A stretch of DNA of 64,000 bases from the human T2T-CHM13v2.0 reference genome, Homo sapiens: assembly GCF_009914755.1 (NCBI RefSeq), contig NC_060926.1; one strand, written 5' to 3'. Below the pieces are notes generated by a model. The model saw only the letters and a program-made list of their open reading frames with translations, ran no database searches and was not told where the DNA came from. The position numbers and the translations under genes are program-made. Of this stretch, positions 11,590-26,790 are shown one piece after another. Numbering within the stretch: position 1 is the stretch's first letter; the number at the start of each line of letters is the position of its first letter.

Positions 11590-13965
11590 CTGCACTTTCA
11601 GACAAACAGTAATCGAGAAACTTCTGTACTGTGAGTTTTTTCTTCAAGAATGGGTATCAGATAGGTATGAAAGATCAGAGATTTCACCCAATGCATAGCT
11701 CCCCTGAGCAGGGCCACAGAATTATTTTAGGCAAAATATAGCATTCAGTATTAATAGGTTTGTCATCATCATAAGGAGGAAAAGCAGAAAAACACAGATC
11801 ACAATAATAAGAAAAGAAAAACACATTAATTTAGTAAATGCCTTAACCATTGGATTGTCTAAGCTATGCCCTGGAACTCACTCCTTTAGAACAAGTCAAA
11901 AAATCCCATCAAGATATTAATAGAAGTTATCTCTGAGCAATTGGCTTACAGGTCATTTTTTTTCCTTCACTGTGCTTTATTATAGTTCCAAATATAGTAT
12001 TTTTATCATAAATTGTTATTAAAATAATAAATGAATAAAAATATCACAAAATATAGTCAAGTTATTTCACCCCACCCAATGTCTTAGAATCAAACTCTTA
12101 TTCAGGTTAGTCAGATTCTCCAGCTAGACCACAGCAGGAAGTTGTTCACGTTTTGTTTGTCTTTCTAAAGATGGAAGCTGTGGCCTCACAACAGCTGTTG
12201 TGAAAGTGGGGTGGCAGCAGGTGCGAGTCATGATGTTGTAGTTATTTTCATTCTTCCAAAGTTGAGTTTTAACTTTCTATGAAACATGCCATTTACACTA
12301 CTTTCAAACATCACCGATACACCAAGGTGTTTTGATTAGAATTCTTCCTGTAATCCAACCTTTAACAGTTCTTGCCTTATGGCGCTATGGCTATGAGTGA
12401 CTGACAGGCAGGTAGGACAAATGCAAATATTATGCAAATCTCAACTTTCCATAAGCATTCTTGATGACTCTGAAAATAAACCAACCTAATGTTACCTTAT
12501 AATTAATAAGGGCTTAAACAATTCATATACTACAACTAACTTATTAGAAGCCTCTTAAACCCTGATTTGTCTTGAAAAAATGTTTCCAGTAACATTGGCC
12601 AAGTACAATTCTGATCAATGTTTTTGAAACAATGAGTGTTTGTAGACAACGGAATTTTAACAGCATGGCCATTCTTTAATTTTGGTGGAGTTTTTTAGGT
12701 CTTCTGGAAGGAAATTGGCTTATGATCTTGTTTTTATTTTATTTATCTGAGCCATTAAGTTTCATTAGATCTATGCATACTAAAGAATATCAGTCTTCTT
12801 TCCTAATATGAAGGAGTCATAGGTAGAAGATACTTTTAATTCTCTGAATTTCCCAGCGCCTAATGCCAAATGCTTAAGTCTTGCTTTTTGGCTTAGCATT
12901 GTAGACCTGAGACCAAATGATTGGTTCTGGTTCCCTGAAACCCAATAACGTACTCTCTGTTCCTCAGCTAAAGAACATTCTTGAATGATACTCACATTCC
13001 AATTTCTCACTCCTAAAAAGCTGCAGCTCATGAAACTCCTTTCTATCTCATTTCTGTCCTCAAATACTGAAATATGAACACACTAGATGAACAGCTATAA
13101 GTGACTAAAGCCACAATCATCTTTTAAAGAGTGGTTAGATATTTACAAAACTACCAACAGTATGATAATGTCCAGTTACATGTATACTGTAAACAGCTCC
13201 TTCCTGACTTTTAGAATTATTTTTTAAATTTGCATCTTTATTTAGTATAAAAAATTATTCTGCTGTGACTAAACTAGAATATTTAATTTTTCCCTAATAT
13301 CCAAAAATTATAAAATATTAGAGAAGGCACGGGAGGATGGATGTAAGGAATGATTGATTATTTGATAATTAGAACTGAATTTGATGTTGTAAAATAGATC
13401 AAATTTGCTCTACACAAAACTGCCAAATGTCTGTCCTCTTTGTCAACAAAACTTACGCATTTTGGGTATTAATTTCCATCTCACAGTCTTGCAATCTTAA
13501 ACTTTAGTGGTACATTTCTACAAAAACAAACAGCATGGTGAGACCAAGGGTAGGAAAGTGTTGATGGACAATAATAGGGCCACGCTACTGTTCTCTGCAC
13601 TTGATGGCCCAACATCCATTATCAAGATGCTTCATTGTAGGGTACATCAAACTGAAACCCCTCATTGTGAGAGTCACGTTGCAATATTCTTGTTAGCATT
13701 ACTTAAAAACATCTGACGTTATATTTCTCCATCTTATATTTGCAACCCACCCTGCATCTCATCACATATTTTATTGGATTATAGAAGTAAAGCACAGTGG
13801 GGATGGTAGAAGTAGCCTTGCTAATAGGGTGAATGTTTGTGTAGAAAAGGTACCTGTTTCATGTTCACAAAGCAACTTATTCACAAATAATCACCAAACA
13901 ACATATTGTTTCTAATCCTTGGTGAATATCATAAATATTTAAATCTTTTAATAGCTTTATTTTCT

Positions 13966-14284
<319 letters not shown>

Positions 14285-16069
14285 TGATGGGTGTGGGAAA
14301 CACAGTTATATAGCTCCACACAATTTGTTTGCATATAAAATAAGCATTTATGATTTATCACTAGCATATCCCTATTCATAGGATCACAATTCTTAGAAAA
14401 TTTTGAAGTACTTGATAACTATGATACTGGAAAAATCAAAGATGAAGAAAAAGAAAAAAGTACTTTTGTAGGTGCCTGGCAAAGACATCTAAAACAGATG
14501 GAATTTGCATAATGGCATATCATTTCAAAATCATTAGTAATGGAATCAATAATGCTCCTGACAGGAAGAGCCACTAAATTATATATTGATTTCACTCCTC
14601 TTGCACAGTAAAGCTATTAATAGGAAACTTGATTATTAAAGGACATTTCAGTGGATCTAAAGTGGCAGGATGAAGTCAGTCCTTATGAATTAGCCCTTTA
14701 AATCAACAGAGGCAAAAATCAGAAGGCACTGGTAATGTTCACCTTTTGCTTCAGAACAGAACAATTTCTCCCCTTAGCAAAGGTAGCTGAGGTGAAATAA
14801 ACCAATGTAATTTTTAAAGGAACACATCCTTAGGATGTCTCCTTTTCACCTTCCAGAGCCTAATGCATGAAAGATACTGCTACCACTTCTTCCTTCACAG
14901 GGGATAGTATGGGGTTGGTTTGGTGAAGATGTCGTTATTTTGGCTTGATAATCAGCAGAAGCATGTTCCTCACAGTTCTGCAGTAGAAAGAATCTCAAGG
15001 ACTGACGGAACCTTGAATGTCCTCCAGTTGGCCCCATTGCCACACCAATCCCATGTCCACAGGACTTTTGCACTGTCACAAGGACTCCAGCTCCCTGAGA
15101 ACCTACATCCATTTTGGCTGTTCTGTTCTGTTTACCAACGGGAAACATAGCTGTTGCTACTTCTTTTCTTTAAATAGACAGGTTAACAAAATCAAGACTG
15201 GAACTGTTGGGTAGACACAGTCCTTCATCCAAATATAATTCTTGCATTTTTACTGCACTGATAAAGAACAAATAGAAAAACTGGTATCATGCAACTTTCA
15301 ACTATTATAATTATTATAAAGACAGGAAAACTCACTTCTTTTTTACAGCTTTTCAAATTTGAGCAGTATACTATAAAAACTGTGGTTTCTGGAAACTAGC
15401 AAAGCAGTTACAAATCTTATGATAGCATTGAAATATTTCTTAATATGGCCAAAATTTTTATGGAAGTACATTTTGGTTCTATTTCTAAAAAAAAGAAAAA
15501 GAAAAAAACATTCGGTTAAGAAAGATCAATTTATTCAGTGGAAAAATACAGATCATTCCTTTTGAAGTTGGCAGTGCCTTTTATTTGATGATACCAAACC
15601 AACATCTATACTTTACTTCCCAGTCTCTCTCTTATCTTAGGTGTCTCAAAGGACCTGAACATCTTCAAACAGACTACCAAGGAGTTCTTATATCTGGTTT
15701 TGACTCAGGCAGACAGTCAGAAAAGAAAGAAAGATGTGGCTTTATTAATGAGGGTTGAAAAAGAAAGTCTCTTCAAAATATATTTTAGTTTCTCATTGTT
15801 AAGCCAAAGTGGTACCACAGTCTCTTTTTCAACTTAAGCCTCAATTTGTCCTTCTATGGTTTCTTTTCTTTAAGTCTGCCCTTGATGTTGGGAGAAGATC
15901 AGGAAAGGATGAAATGGAGGATTAAAGAGAAGAGACTCCTCCATTTTAGATCCTTACACAAAAGATTTTAGTGAGGATTTCACATATTTAGATGCTTACA
16001 GTTGCTTTTTGTCTTTTAAGGTTTACTCTCTCCTTAGATATTCTCAGAGGCCAGTGGAATGATAGGCTC

Positions 16070-16225
16070 TTTGCATTTCTTAATTCACAGATCTTCATAA
16101 CAGCCCTAGAAGTAATTCCTACTACCTGCGATTGACAGGGAAAACAATGACTCTCAGAGAAGTTGGTAACTTCCAAGGTCACAAAGTGAGTCTCCTGTGA
16201 CTGGCTTCAGGAACCAAAACCTTTC
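16070..16225 (-). mobile_element. MIR fragment
   Basis: acagggaaaacaatgactctcagagaagttggtaacttccaaggtcaca MIR core. Confidence 0.6.
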
Positions 16226-16529
16226 AATCATATGACTCAAAATTAGCCACTAGGTCCCTTATTCATTCAACTGTGCAGTATTTTTATGGCCACTTTAAAG
16301 GATCTGGATCATTAATAACGAGTTTTATTGTTTCGTATTTACATTAACAAAGAATGACTGTATGAACAATGATAGAATTTCAATTCTGTTTTTAAAAGGA
16401 CTGCAGCACACGTTATATTCCATGATGGCTGCTTTAAAAAGTTAAATCATTGAGGAGATAAAGGTTTAATTAAAAAGAGCGATGAGCATGCAATGGCTCA
16501 CCAACTCTGAGGACTCTGAATAGTTTTAA

Positions 16530-16675
16530 CCAGCTGTCTCAGCATCAGCCTCACCTAAAGTGGGGGACTTGTTAGAATTGCAGAATCATAGGCTCCATCC
16601 AGGCCCACAGAATCTGCATTTTAACAAGATCCCCAGATGACTCTTATGTATGCTGAAGTCTGAGAGGCACCAATC
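16530..16675. mobile_element. MER5-family (hAT-Charlie) MITE
   Basis: cttgttagaattgcagaatc...gaatctgcattttaacaagatccccagatga. Confidence 0.7.
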
Positions 16676-16754
16676 TAGAGTGGACAATGGGTTCTTGTTA
16701 TTAAGTTGGATGATAAACCAATAGGCTGGTAGTAGTTGGGCTTGTGTTTTGGAC

Positions 16755-17255
<501 letters not shown>

Positions 17256-17874
17256 CTTTAAAAGGATACATTAAATAATAATATACATAAAATAAAGAAT
17301 ATATAGAATTGTGAGACAGTAATAGTCCAAACTAAATTTTAGATCTAATTAGCAAGGTAGGTGGAAACATGGGAAGATCATTTTGTTTTGTCTTTTACTC
17401 CTGCTCTTTTCTGGATTATAAAATGTACTTAAAGTTTTTTTCCCCTCTCAAGAAATGACGGTCTCTGCAGGCAACCTTAATAGTATAGGTGAGAAAACAC
17501 CTTTAGTATTCAGGCATCAGCGTTTACACTCATGCACAGTGATTTCCTTCTCAAGAAAGTGATGGGAGCTCTGGCGATATGTTTTTACACAACAGTGATT
17601 ATATCTGGAAAGTAGACAAACTAAGCATTTCAGTTGCCGCAGAAGACAGTAATGCCTCATGTCCCTGCCACAGAGCCTCTGAGCCATGTCAATGAAGGGC
17701 CATGTCGGGAACTGGAACCTGCCCACATGTAAGCCATCACAATCCCAGACTCCAGAAAGACCTGACCCAGGACTGACCACGCATGAACCTGGCAACTTCT
17801 CTGACCACAAGGAGTTTGAAATTTAATCCACAGTACACTTGATGTTAAAAGCTTCAGGATAAACTCCTCTTACA

Positions 17875-18790
17875 GCTTACAAAGACAAACTAACCAAAAA
17901 CAAAAAAAAAAAAAAAAAAGGAAAAGAAAGAAAAAAAGATGGGCAAAGGATCTGAATGGCATTTCTCCACAGAAGATAAACAAATGGCCAATAAGTACAT
18001 AAAAACATGGTCCACATAATTAGCTATCAGGGAAATGGAAATCAAAGCATCTGGGAGATACCATGTCACACCCACTAGGAAGACTACGATAAAAAAGACA
18101 GACAATAACAAGTCTTGGTGACAATGTAGAGAAATTGGAACCCTCATATGCTGCTAATAGGAATGTAAAATAATGCAGCCACTTTGGAGAAGCCCTCAAA
18201 AGTTTAAAAGTAGAATTACCATGTGAACCAGCAATTCCACTATATGCCAAAGAGAATTAAAAACATGTATTCACACAAAAACTTGTGCATGAATTTTCAT
18301 CGCAGCATTATTCATAATAGCCAAGAAGTGGAAACAACTTAGGTTCATCGGCTGATAAATGGATAAATAATATGTGGTGTATCCACACAGGGGAATATTA
18401 TTTTGCAATAAAAAGGAATGATGTAGTGATACATGCTACAACATGGATGAACCCTGAGAACATCATTCTAAGTGAAAGAACCCAGACACAAATGGCTACA
18501 TGTTGTGTGATTACATGTTATAGGAAAAGTCCAGAATAGGCAAATCCAGAGACAGAAAGCAGATTAGTGATTGCCTCAAGCTGGGGACTTAGAGATAAAA
18601 GGCCGGGTGGGGTGGAGGGAGTTGGTGACTGCTGATGGGTATTTGGAATAATGAAAATGTTCTAAAATTGATTGTAGTGATGGTTGCACAATTCTGAGGA
18701 CATATAAAAACCCAACTAATTGTATATTTTAAATGGTTGAATCCTATGTTATGTAAATTATGTCTTAATAAAGCTAGCATTTAAAAAAAT
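17875..18790 (+). mobile_element. Old L1 3' end (L1MB-like), ORF2 C-terminus plus 3' UTR
   Basis: atgggcaaaggatctgaatggcatttctcc...gctacaacatggatgaaccctgagaacatcattctaagtgaaagaa...aataaagctagcatttaaaaaaa. Confidence 0.88.
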
Positions 18791-19694
18791 AAGCTTTAGG
18801 CTAAATTCTAGTCTTTAGAAAAGGCTGTTTCCTTGGGTGAGAAAAGGTTGTCAGAATGTTTGGAGTTTTCAGTAAGGAGTTTCAAATTTTGCTAGTACAG
18901 CCAAATAGAAAACTGTGATTTCCACAGTTTTCATTTACATGAAAGCTAAGCGCCACTGCTGTGTCTGTCTGTACCCTACTCCTTTCCTCAGGATTTTGCA
19001 TAGAATGCTGGTTGCCCCCTCCAGGATCAAGGACTAAGTTGTACTTTGACACACTAAGCAGTTCTGGTGGCTGTTACCTCAGGCTGGCTTCCTTGACTCC
19101 TTTCTTTTCCCCAAAATATAAGGTATTATGAAAATGTCAGAAGCAGCTTTTCTTGCATTGTGTTTACTATAAAAGCAAAGGAAATGATTATAATCATAAG
19201 GAGGCCTGCTGCCTTTGCAAAGTCAGTAGCTCTGTTCATATCACCTTGGGCATTCTCTAGTTCTTTTGTTGGCATTTATTTCTTACTACCTACAGGAGAT
19301 GATGAGCTTGCCATGGGTTGCCTTTGTATCACTTGGTTTAAATTCCTGGTGCATTTTTAAGCCTTTTTTTCCTTTCAAAAGTTGATTGGTGAGTTGCTTA
19401 CTGATTTGGGGTTAGGGAAAGGGAGGAGCAGTCAGAGAAGATCCATGCATATATTATCATTTTCTGTAAGTGACCCAAACCAACTCCTCCATCTAGTAAA
19501 CATTTCAAGTGGAATAAGGACAGGTTGCTATTCATATTATTTCTACTAATATTTTTACATCATTTTTAGATTACTGGTGAGATATTTTGGGCATGGATTC
19601 ATTTGGGGGGATAGTCATAAAAACAGGACTGAATCATGACTTAAATCTATTGTTTCCTTTCTCGAAATCTTGAGAGAATTAATCCAGAAGTCAA

Positions 19695-19980
19695 CATTAC
19701 CCAGGTTTGTAACTTGGCTCTGCTACTTTCTAGCCAAGGTATTTGGGTCACTTCTGGCATCCTTCTAAACATCAATGTTGTAAATCTATCAAATGAAGAT
19801 AATAGAACTTACTTCACAGTGATTATGATGTTCACAGTGTTGTGATGATCAAATAATGGTTATCATCATTTATCAAATATGGATAATGAAATTCGCAGGT
19901 TATTGCAAAGATTAAATAATATATTGCATGCAAAAATTATTTTGTAAAGAGCTAATGAAATGTTAGGTACTATTATTCTT
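19695..19980 (+). mobile_element. MIR element
   Basis: ttggctctgctactttctagcc...aaatgaagataatagaacttacttcacag...aagattaaataa. Confidence 0.6.
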
Positions 19981-22324
19981 ATTAGTTGAAAAGGAGTGGT
20001 TTGTTTTGCAGTTCTTGCCTGCCTGTTTACCCAGTTACTAAAAGGAGAAAATTGGCAGATGGTAGAGTTGTGGGTCAGGAAATATTCAATGGAGTAATAA
20101 GCAATACCCTCAAATCCACTCTCATATATAACTTTGGATCAAATCCCATATAATGGGGCATCCAAGTCCAGAATCCGAAACTCAAGAACGCAGGGAGCAC
20201 AGCTCTGCCAGGTTCTCATTCACCACTAGCAGGATACGCACAGGGATCTGAAGTCATGCTTTTCCTGGAGCTCCTGCTATGAAGCCTAGCCTGACAAACG
20301 GTGGTGGTGCTATTCTGTAATTTAAATAGACTCCAAGGACAAGAGTTGCTAAAGTAGCTAAACCAAAGTAATTCTCCAGGAGGCCTTGTTGTCCGTGCCC
20401 TGATCTTTTGGTATTGTCAAATGGTTATTGAAATCATTGCTTCAAGCAGAGCAAGAGACAGCGACAGCTAAAATCCTGCTGTTCCCAGGGAGACCAAGGG
20501 AGCTTTAGAGAGTTCTGGAGTTGGGGTTTTCTAACATAACCTTGCCCTATTTTACTTTCCTCTGCCAACTATGGAAACTTAATGGCAACCAGTTCATTTT
20601 GTCAAATGCAAAATAAGAATAAATTTAGTTCTTTAGTCTATGATTTTAGCAATCAATTGTCAGTGTCAGTGTCCAAAAAACAAATATATGAGCTACTTTT
20701 CTGTCCCTAGAAGACATTCTGGTTGACTACTCGAAAGAGATACTACAGGGATCCATAGTTATTGTTTTTAATAAATAATAGGCTAGTCTGTCTAGTATCC
20801 CCACAATGTTCTATGCTATTATGGTAGGTTTCAGAGAAGATCAGGTGAGTAAGTTTGCTAAGACAAAATTACATGGGTGTATTAAAAATTGACCATAATT
20901 TTGTGATATATAAAATGTATACCTTACCATTGCCTCACTCTTCTGCAGTTGATAAACTTCAGCCTTAAGGAGGGTAAAGCAATAAGGACCTGGGGTCTGT
21001 TACCTACACATGCCTGCTGAGACCATTTCTCTGCTCAGTGAAAATTAAAGTGGATCAAGCATAGGGTACCATGTTGAAATATGGCAAAATAGATGCAAAT
21101 TGATTTTTTATTGCTTAAAAATACTGGCATTTTGCAAATTCTATGAGAGGGTCACATTTAACAAAACGATGGCAGATTCTTGGCATCGTCAAACTTATTA
21201 GTTAACATTCTTATAAGACTACCTATTTTTCTATAATCTGAGATCTTAACTGTACTCCTTAAATGCAGATTCTCTAGAAAATAATATTTTAACAAAATGT
21301 TCAAAGTTTAAGGTAACGTTTAAAATGATTTGTGGCAAAGAGCATCTTTTCTAGAAATGAAACACATCAACATCTTTGTCTGGTTCAGTTTTAGAAAGAT
21401 CAGTTCTCCATTTGCCACTGCCTATTACGAGAATTTAGAATGACAATGAAATTGATGCTGCTGGATTTCAGACTGCTGGTTGCCCAACCTTTTCAAAAGC
21501 TCTCTTCGTCCTGAACATTTTAAACATTCCTGGAAGGTCATCAGACTCGTTCCAGAGATTATTTCTACCTTTGGTCTTTCTTCCTATGTTACGTTTCTTT
21601 TTTCAAAGTAAAAAGTGTCAAGGAAAACTCTGGAAGGACTTCACTCCTGGCATGTTATAGGACAGCAGCTAGAATATGCTGAAAGCATCTCTGTCAGAAA
21701 GAGGTCAGCTTTAAAATAAGAACACCAGGAAATGAGCTGGGCTTTCTTAAGTCTTAAAATTCATATTCTCTTTCTCTGTTTTCCCTCCTTCCCTCTCTGT
21801 GTCCCTGGCCACAAAATGCACAGTGGCAAATCAATCTCTGTCTGCATGTACTCTTGTAAAACATTCTTAAAGATGGATGCCAGATATTTTCTTGAACATG
21901 GCTAAAAGAAACCAATAATTAGTGAATTGGTGCTGATTTTTAAATTTCACATTTTAATTTTATGTCTAATATTTTATTGGTATTTCACATTAGATTAGGA
22001 GACAAGAGAATAGGACCTTAGGTATTAGTAAAGCTAATTTACTAATATCAAGGGGTAGACTAGTAGAAATCAATACCAGATTTCTTTTTTTAAATAAAAT
22101 TTTTGATGTATCCCTTTGGCTGTTGCTTTTCCTGATAACCTGGATAAAACTAAACTTGATTCTAAACAGAGTTCTGTCCTTGTCTATATGAAACATCATA
22201 AATTGCCAGAAGGAATAATAGTCCGTATTAGCCAGTTTATATTCCATGGGTTCTTTCTCACTAAATACAATGTGGATTGCTTTAGGATAATGTATATTCT
22301 TTTAAAGCATCTTCCTGCATATTA

Positions 22325-22613
22325 TTATGTTTATTATCGAGACGGAGTCTCGCTCTGTCGCCCAGTCTGTAGTGCAGTGGTGCAATCTCGGCTCACTGTA
22401 ACCTCTGCCTCTCAGGTTCAAGTGATTCTCCTGCCTCAACCTCCTGAGTAGCTGGGACTACAGAAGCATGCCACCGCGCCCGAATAATTTTTGTATTTTT
22501 AGTAGAGACAGGGTTTCACCGTGTTGGCCAGGCTGGTCTCGAACTCAGGTAATACCACCCACCCCAGCCTCCCAAAGTGCTGGGATTACAGGCATGAGCC
22601 CCTGTGCCTGGCC
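22325..22613 (-). mobile_element. AluS SINE with 17-bp TSD cat(c/t)ttcctgcatatta (22308-22324 / 22614-22630)
   Basis: Reverse Alu; small internal deletion near gaactcaggt. Confidence 0.92.
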
Positions 22614-23309
22614 CATTTTCCTGCATATTAAAGTAATACTTGCTAATTATTGCAAATTTGAGAAATGCAGAAATGAAGAAAAAGTCACCCATAATCCTAT
22701 CACTAGAAATTAACATTTTAAAATGTTTTGTTTTAGCTTTTAATGAAGTTGCCAAGAATATTATGAATTTTTGATGTTCTTCTATGGATGAGCTACTTGG
22801 GCTTAGCTCTTTTAGAGGCCAAAGTTTATTTTCCCGACAATCCTCCTCACATGCTTGGGCCCCACTCTGGACTCTTAATGTAGAAGGTAACGTTCCCCAT
22901 CTTCTCTTTCTATTGGCTTGTATGGAAGTTCTTGTCTGAATTCTGCCATATGGAAAATGTTCACATACATTTATAAAAGGAGAAATTCTCTCCTCGGTCA
23001 TTACTAACCTTTTGGCTGGTTTTGCTGGAAAAGTTTTCAGGATTCATCTGCCAATGTTGTTTCCCTAGAAGGCCATCCTGGCTACCTCGCTAAGCATCTT
23101 ATTTGTTCTGTAACAAAAAATTCTTCATGCTAAATCACTCGCAAATGCCATGCTGCTTAGCGCCCTTCTGCTAATCACCCATTCCCAAGTTTGTCATCAA
23201 AATAGCATTAGTTATTTTCCACTCAACTTCAGCCCTCATCTTCCCAAGCCCTCCACTTTTCATTCTAGAAGCACAATCTCTCAATCCTTAATCACAGAAA
23301 TCTCCCTGT

Positions 23310-23450
23310 TCACTTCTCATTATACACATACGCAAACTGAGACTCAGTGAAATTAACCAATGCCTCAAAGCTAGTGGATGCCAGAATTAGGATTAAAACT
23401 CATCTTCAGACTCCGAATCCACATCTGTTATTTGTTTATTCTGCCATTAT
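23310..23450 (-). mobile_element. MIR fragment
   Basis: gcaaactgagactcagtgaaattaacc...gctagtggatgccagaattaggatt. Confidence 0.55.
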
Positions 23451-26291
23451 CCTAGTGTTTTTCTTCTCGATGCTGCTAAAATCTAATTCACCACTCTTCA
23501 TAGAAAACTTTTCTTTTTCTCCTCTCTTTTTAATTAAGTAAAAACCGATGCTGATAACAGAAAGAAATGCATGATTTTCTTTGGTAACTCAGTACCATTT
23601 CATCATTGTCCGTCACGCTGAGGGATGCCTTATAAATTCAATGGCTCATGCAATGCAAACAAATACTTCCTTTAGTAAGGATGGCTGTGTTGAATCTTGG
23701 CCTGAAAGATCTTTGACCTGAAACAAAACTACAACATCCACAGAAACGCTACATAAAGTGTACAGGTAAAATAATAGTCAATAAAAATCAACCCCTAGTC
23801 TTATTATTATTCTCAAGTCTTCTGGGCATCCCACTTAGCAGTTGCCTGTCTCTCCACTTTTTCTTCCTTCTTCAAACATAGTCATGGTATGCAGCCCCTC
23901 TCTACCACTAGACGTGGTCAATAACTGTGTGTGTGGGTGTGTGTGTGTGTTTTCCCCTTAGAAAATCTATTTGCACTTTTAAAGGAATATTCATTTTCTA
24001 ATTCAAAAGGGGGTAATTGTGAAAAGAACTGGCTTTACAACAATGTGGTAAGCTTGTAGGCATAGTTGAGTAGTGTGCCTCTATATGGTGAAATACTCCT
24101 TGAATGTCTAATCCCAAACAAGTAATTAAATATAGTATAAACTACAAAGTAAAAGTCACTACCGACAAAATATCAAGGGCATCAATATGCCTCCTGTTTT
24201 CTGCTTTCTGCTGCTACTTTCTACTCCTTGCAAGGTCCAGTGATGTACCCACTAACTGTGGACTCTCACCGAACTTTTCACTATAGCACTTACTTGAATG
24301 TTTAAATCTTTTCTGGGTATTCCATTTAGCTTAAAAAAACATCAGTTATCATTTTGGAGTTCATATTCTTGATAGAAGGGATCCAAACACTTTATAGGTA
24401 AGCATCACAAGATAAAATCAGCAAGACAATTTAGCTATTTACTGGTACTTGCAATTTAAAGCTTAAAATCAAAATTAACCAAAACCAGAACAGACTTTAT
24501 TGGGTTTAAACTAAAAATGTGTTTTGCTTTCTTTCCCTTTTTTGTTTCTTGTTTATGATGGAAGTTTCCCCAGCTAGACTTTATAGAACCAGAGCAGGTT
24601 TGCAAAATGCAAATAATGACACTGTTTAACAAAATTGAACCACTGGACCAAACAGTGAGAAAGTACTTGCTGAGCAATTCCTGGGTTAATTACAGGATTC
24701 TGATGAGCTACATTTAATGTGCCCATTGATTGTAGACGAAAATCTGTAAGTAAGCTTTGAAAATTTTTTTAAATTTTATTATGGATCATGTGTAGTTCAG
24801 TTAGGGCTCAAAAAAGCGAATCTTCACCCCTATTTCAGCTTTTGACCCAGACATAATCTTATAGGGAAACGTTGTTTTGAGGATTTTTATTAGTTTGTAA
24901 ATTTTGTAGGAAGTCTGTGCTTTTGTTCAGAGAATCATGTAGGTAGAGAGGACCTACGGGATCTAGATTTGCATTTGCAATAGAGTTACAGCTTTTAGCA
25001 GCATTATTTAGTCACTTAACATTTCAATTTAAATATACAATAAGACAAATTATATGTAACCCACAAGGTTAATATGGAAAACAAATAAAATAATTTATAT
25101 AAGAGATTTTTTTCACACTTTAAGCATTTTCACATGTGCTTTCATTATTATTATCTAACTTAATCGCATTCTTGCAACTGAGCAAACTTAGATTTCTTGA
25201 TTCCAACAATCTTTCTAGTAAGCTAAAGCTTCCTCAGCTGTAATTCAAAAATATATATGGGGCATTAATATGAATATTATAATATTCATTTTGGAAAATA
25301 AGAGTTTTCTGTGTGAATGAAAAAGCAATGATTTCTGACACCTATCCATGGATCTCCTTTTAGAGGTTTTTTTTACATTTATATAACTAAAGCCTTTCAA
25401 AATTGTAGCAGCAGATACAATTGACTGCTAGAACATGAGCAAATACTTTATTAAATATTTATGACAATTTCTTATTGAATTTTAACATTTATATTAACTT
25501 TAATCATGGTACAATTAAGTTTAACTTACACAGAATACTAACGCAAATGGAGAAATACGGGAAAGCTTTGCAGGGCATCTCAAGGGTGGGTCTATGTATA
25601 ATGAATAAATCCTATTCAATAAAATATACAGTTTTACTTTTTGTATTATTTAGGCCAGGAAACTCTTAGAAGATTATTATGGATTTTCCCCTACATATTA
25701 ACTTGCTGTCTTGGTGTAATATTTGTTGGTCCTGAATACTTTTTTTTATTGAGTTATCTTTGAGTTTGTAGAATCATCAAAATCCTCTTAATAGATTTAA
25801 TTAAATTGCTTTCACAAAGTTAGACTTCCTGAGATAGAGATTCAAAGTTTGGTGAGACTGGTAATGGAACAGAAGAGAATCCATGGAAATACAATCCTGG
25901 GTCTTCAGACCCCCTAAGAATGTCAGCTCTTCAGGCAGTACTGTCTGTATTCAACAGTAACCATCCGCCACGGGATAGGACAGCATTAAATATGTGTGCA
26001 TTCCCCGTGACAGTGAGCACAGTGCTGGCACATAGTGTTTGCGTAATAAATGGTTTTGGTTGACTCACTGTCTGTACTTGAGTTTGTGCCAATCAATCAA
26101 GGTATCTTACATTTCTTAGTAAAAGGCAGCTTACATATGTTTTAGATAAAAAGATAGGGTTCTTAATGTTGATCTCACCATGACAGTAAGCAAAATGAAT
26201 GGTGTGTAGGTGATTCAAGCTCATGACCTGGACATCATGAGGAAGGGCAAGATGAATTTATCAGCCACGTTTTAGATTCCTGCAATATGTT

Positions 26292-26790
26292 ATTCCATTC
26301 AGCCATTCCACAAACCTTTACTGAGTATCCAATTTTTGTGACTGGCCCACATTAGGCATTGGGGATAAAAAGAGGAGTACGAATTCACAGCTTAGAGAAG
26401 GGATAGGCATGTAAACCAAAGATTATGCACCTCTATGTGTGTTAATTGTAAATATGGGCTCTGTGCTGTGTGAGCACAGTGGGTGGGGAAATAAACAGAG
26501 ACTTGGAAAGGCATGGCATGTTTAAGAAGCATCAGGTTCTATCTGACTTATGTTTATGGTGTGCACATGTAAGTGGTAGAGGGTTGATGGGAGGTGAGTC
26601 AAGAAAGAGAGCTTGGAGACAGGAGAAATGCTAAATCATGTGGGCATAATTTTGCAAGAAGGAGCCAATGGGCCTTTTTGATTATGGACTGCTATTATCC
26701 AATTTAACTTTTAGTACAATCACTAACTCTAGAATAAAGCTTGTATTGTAGTGAAGGAGAGGGGGCAGGGAAGCAGATGTGGAGAAGATA
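26292..26790 (-). mobile_element. L2 3' fragment
   Basis: attccattcagccattccacaaacctttactgagtatcc...taggcattggggata is the reverse L2 terminus. Confidence 0.6.

Noticed and set aside
10463-11634. Plus-strand ORFs of 158, 176 and 126 aa
   Set aside because: They are antisense to exons A and B, use non-ATG starts and have no recognisable domain; most likely incidental open frames.
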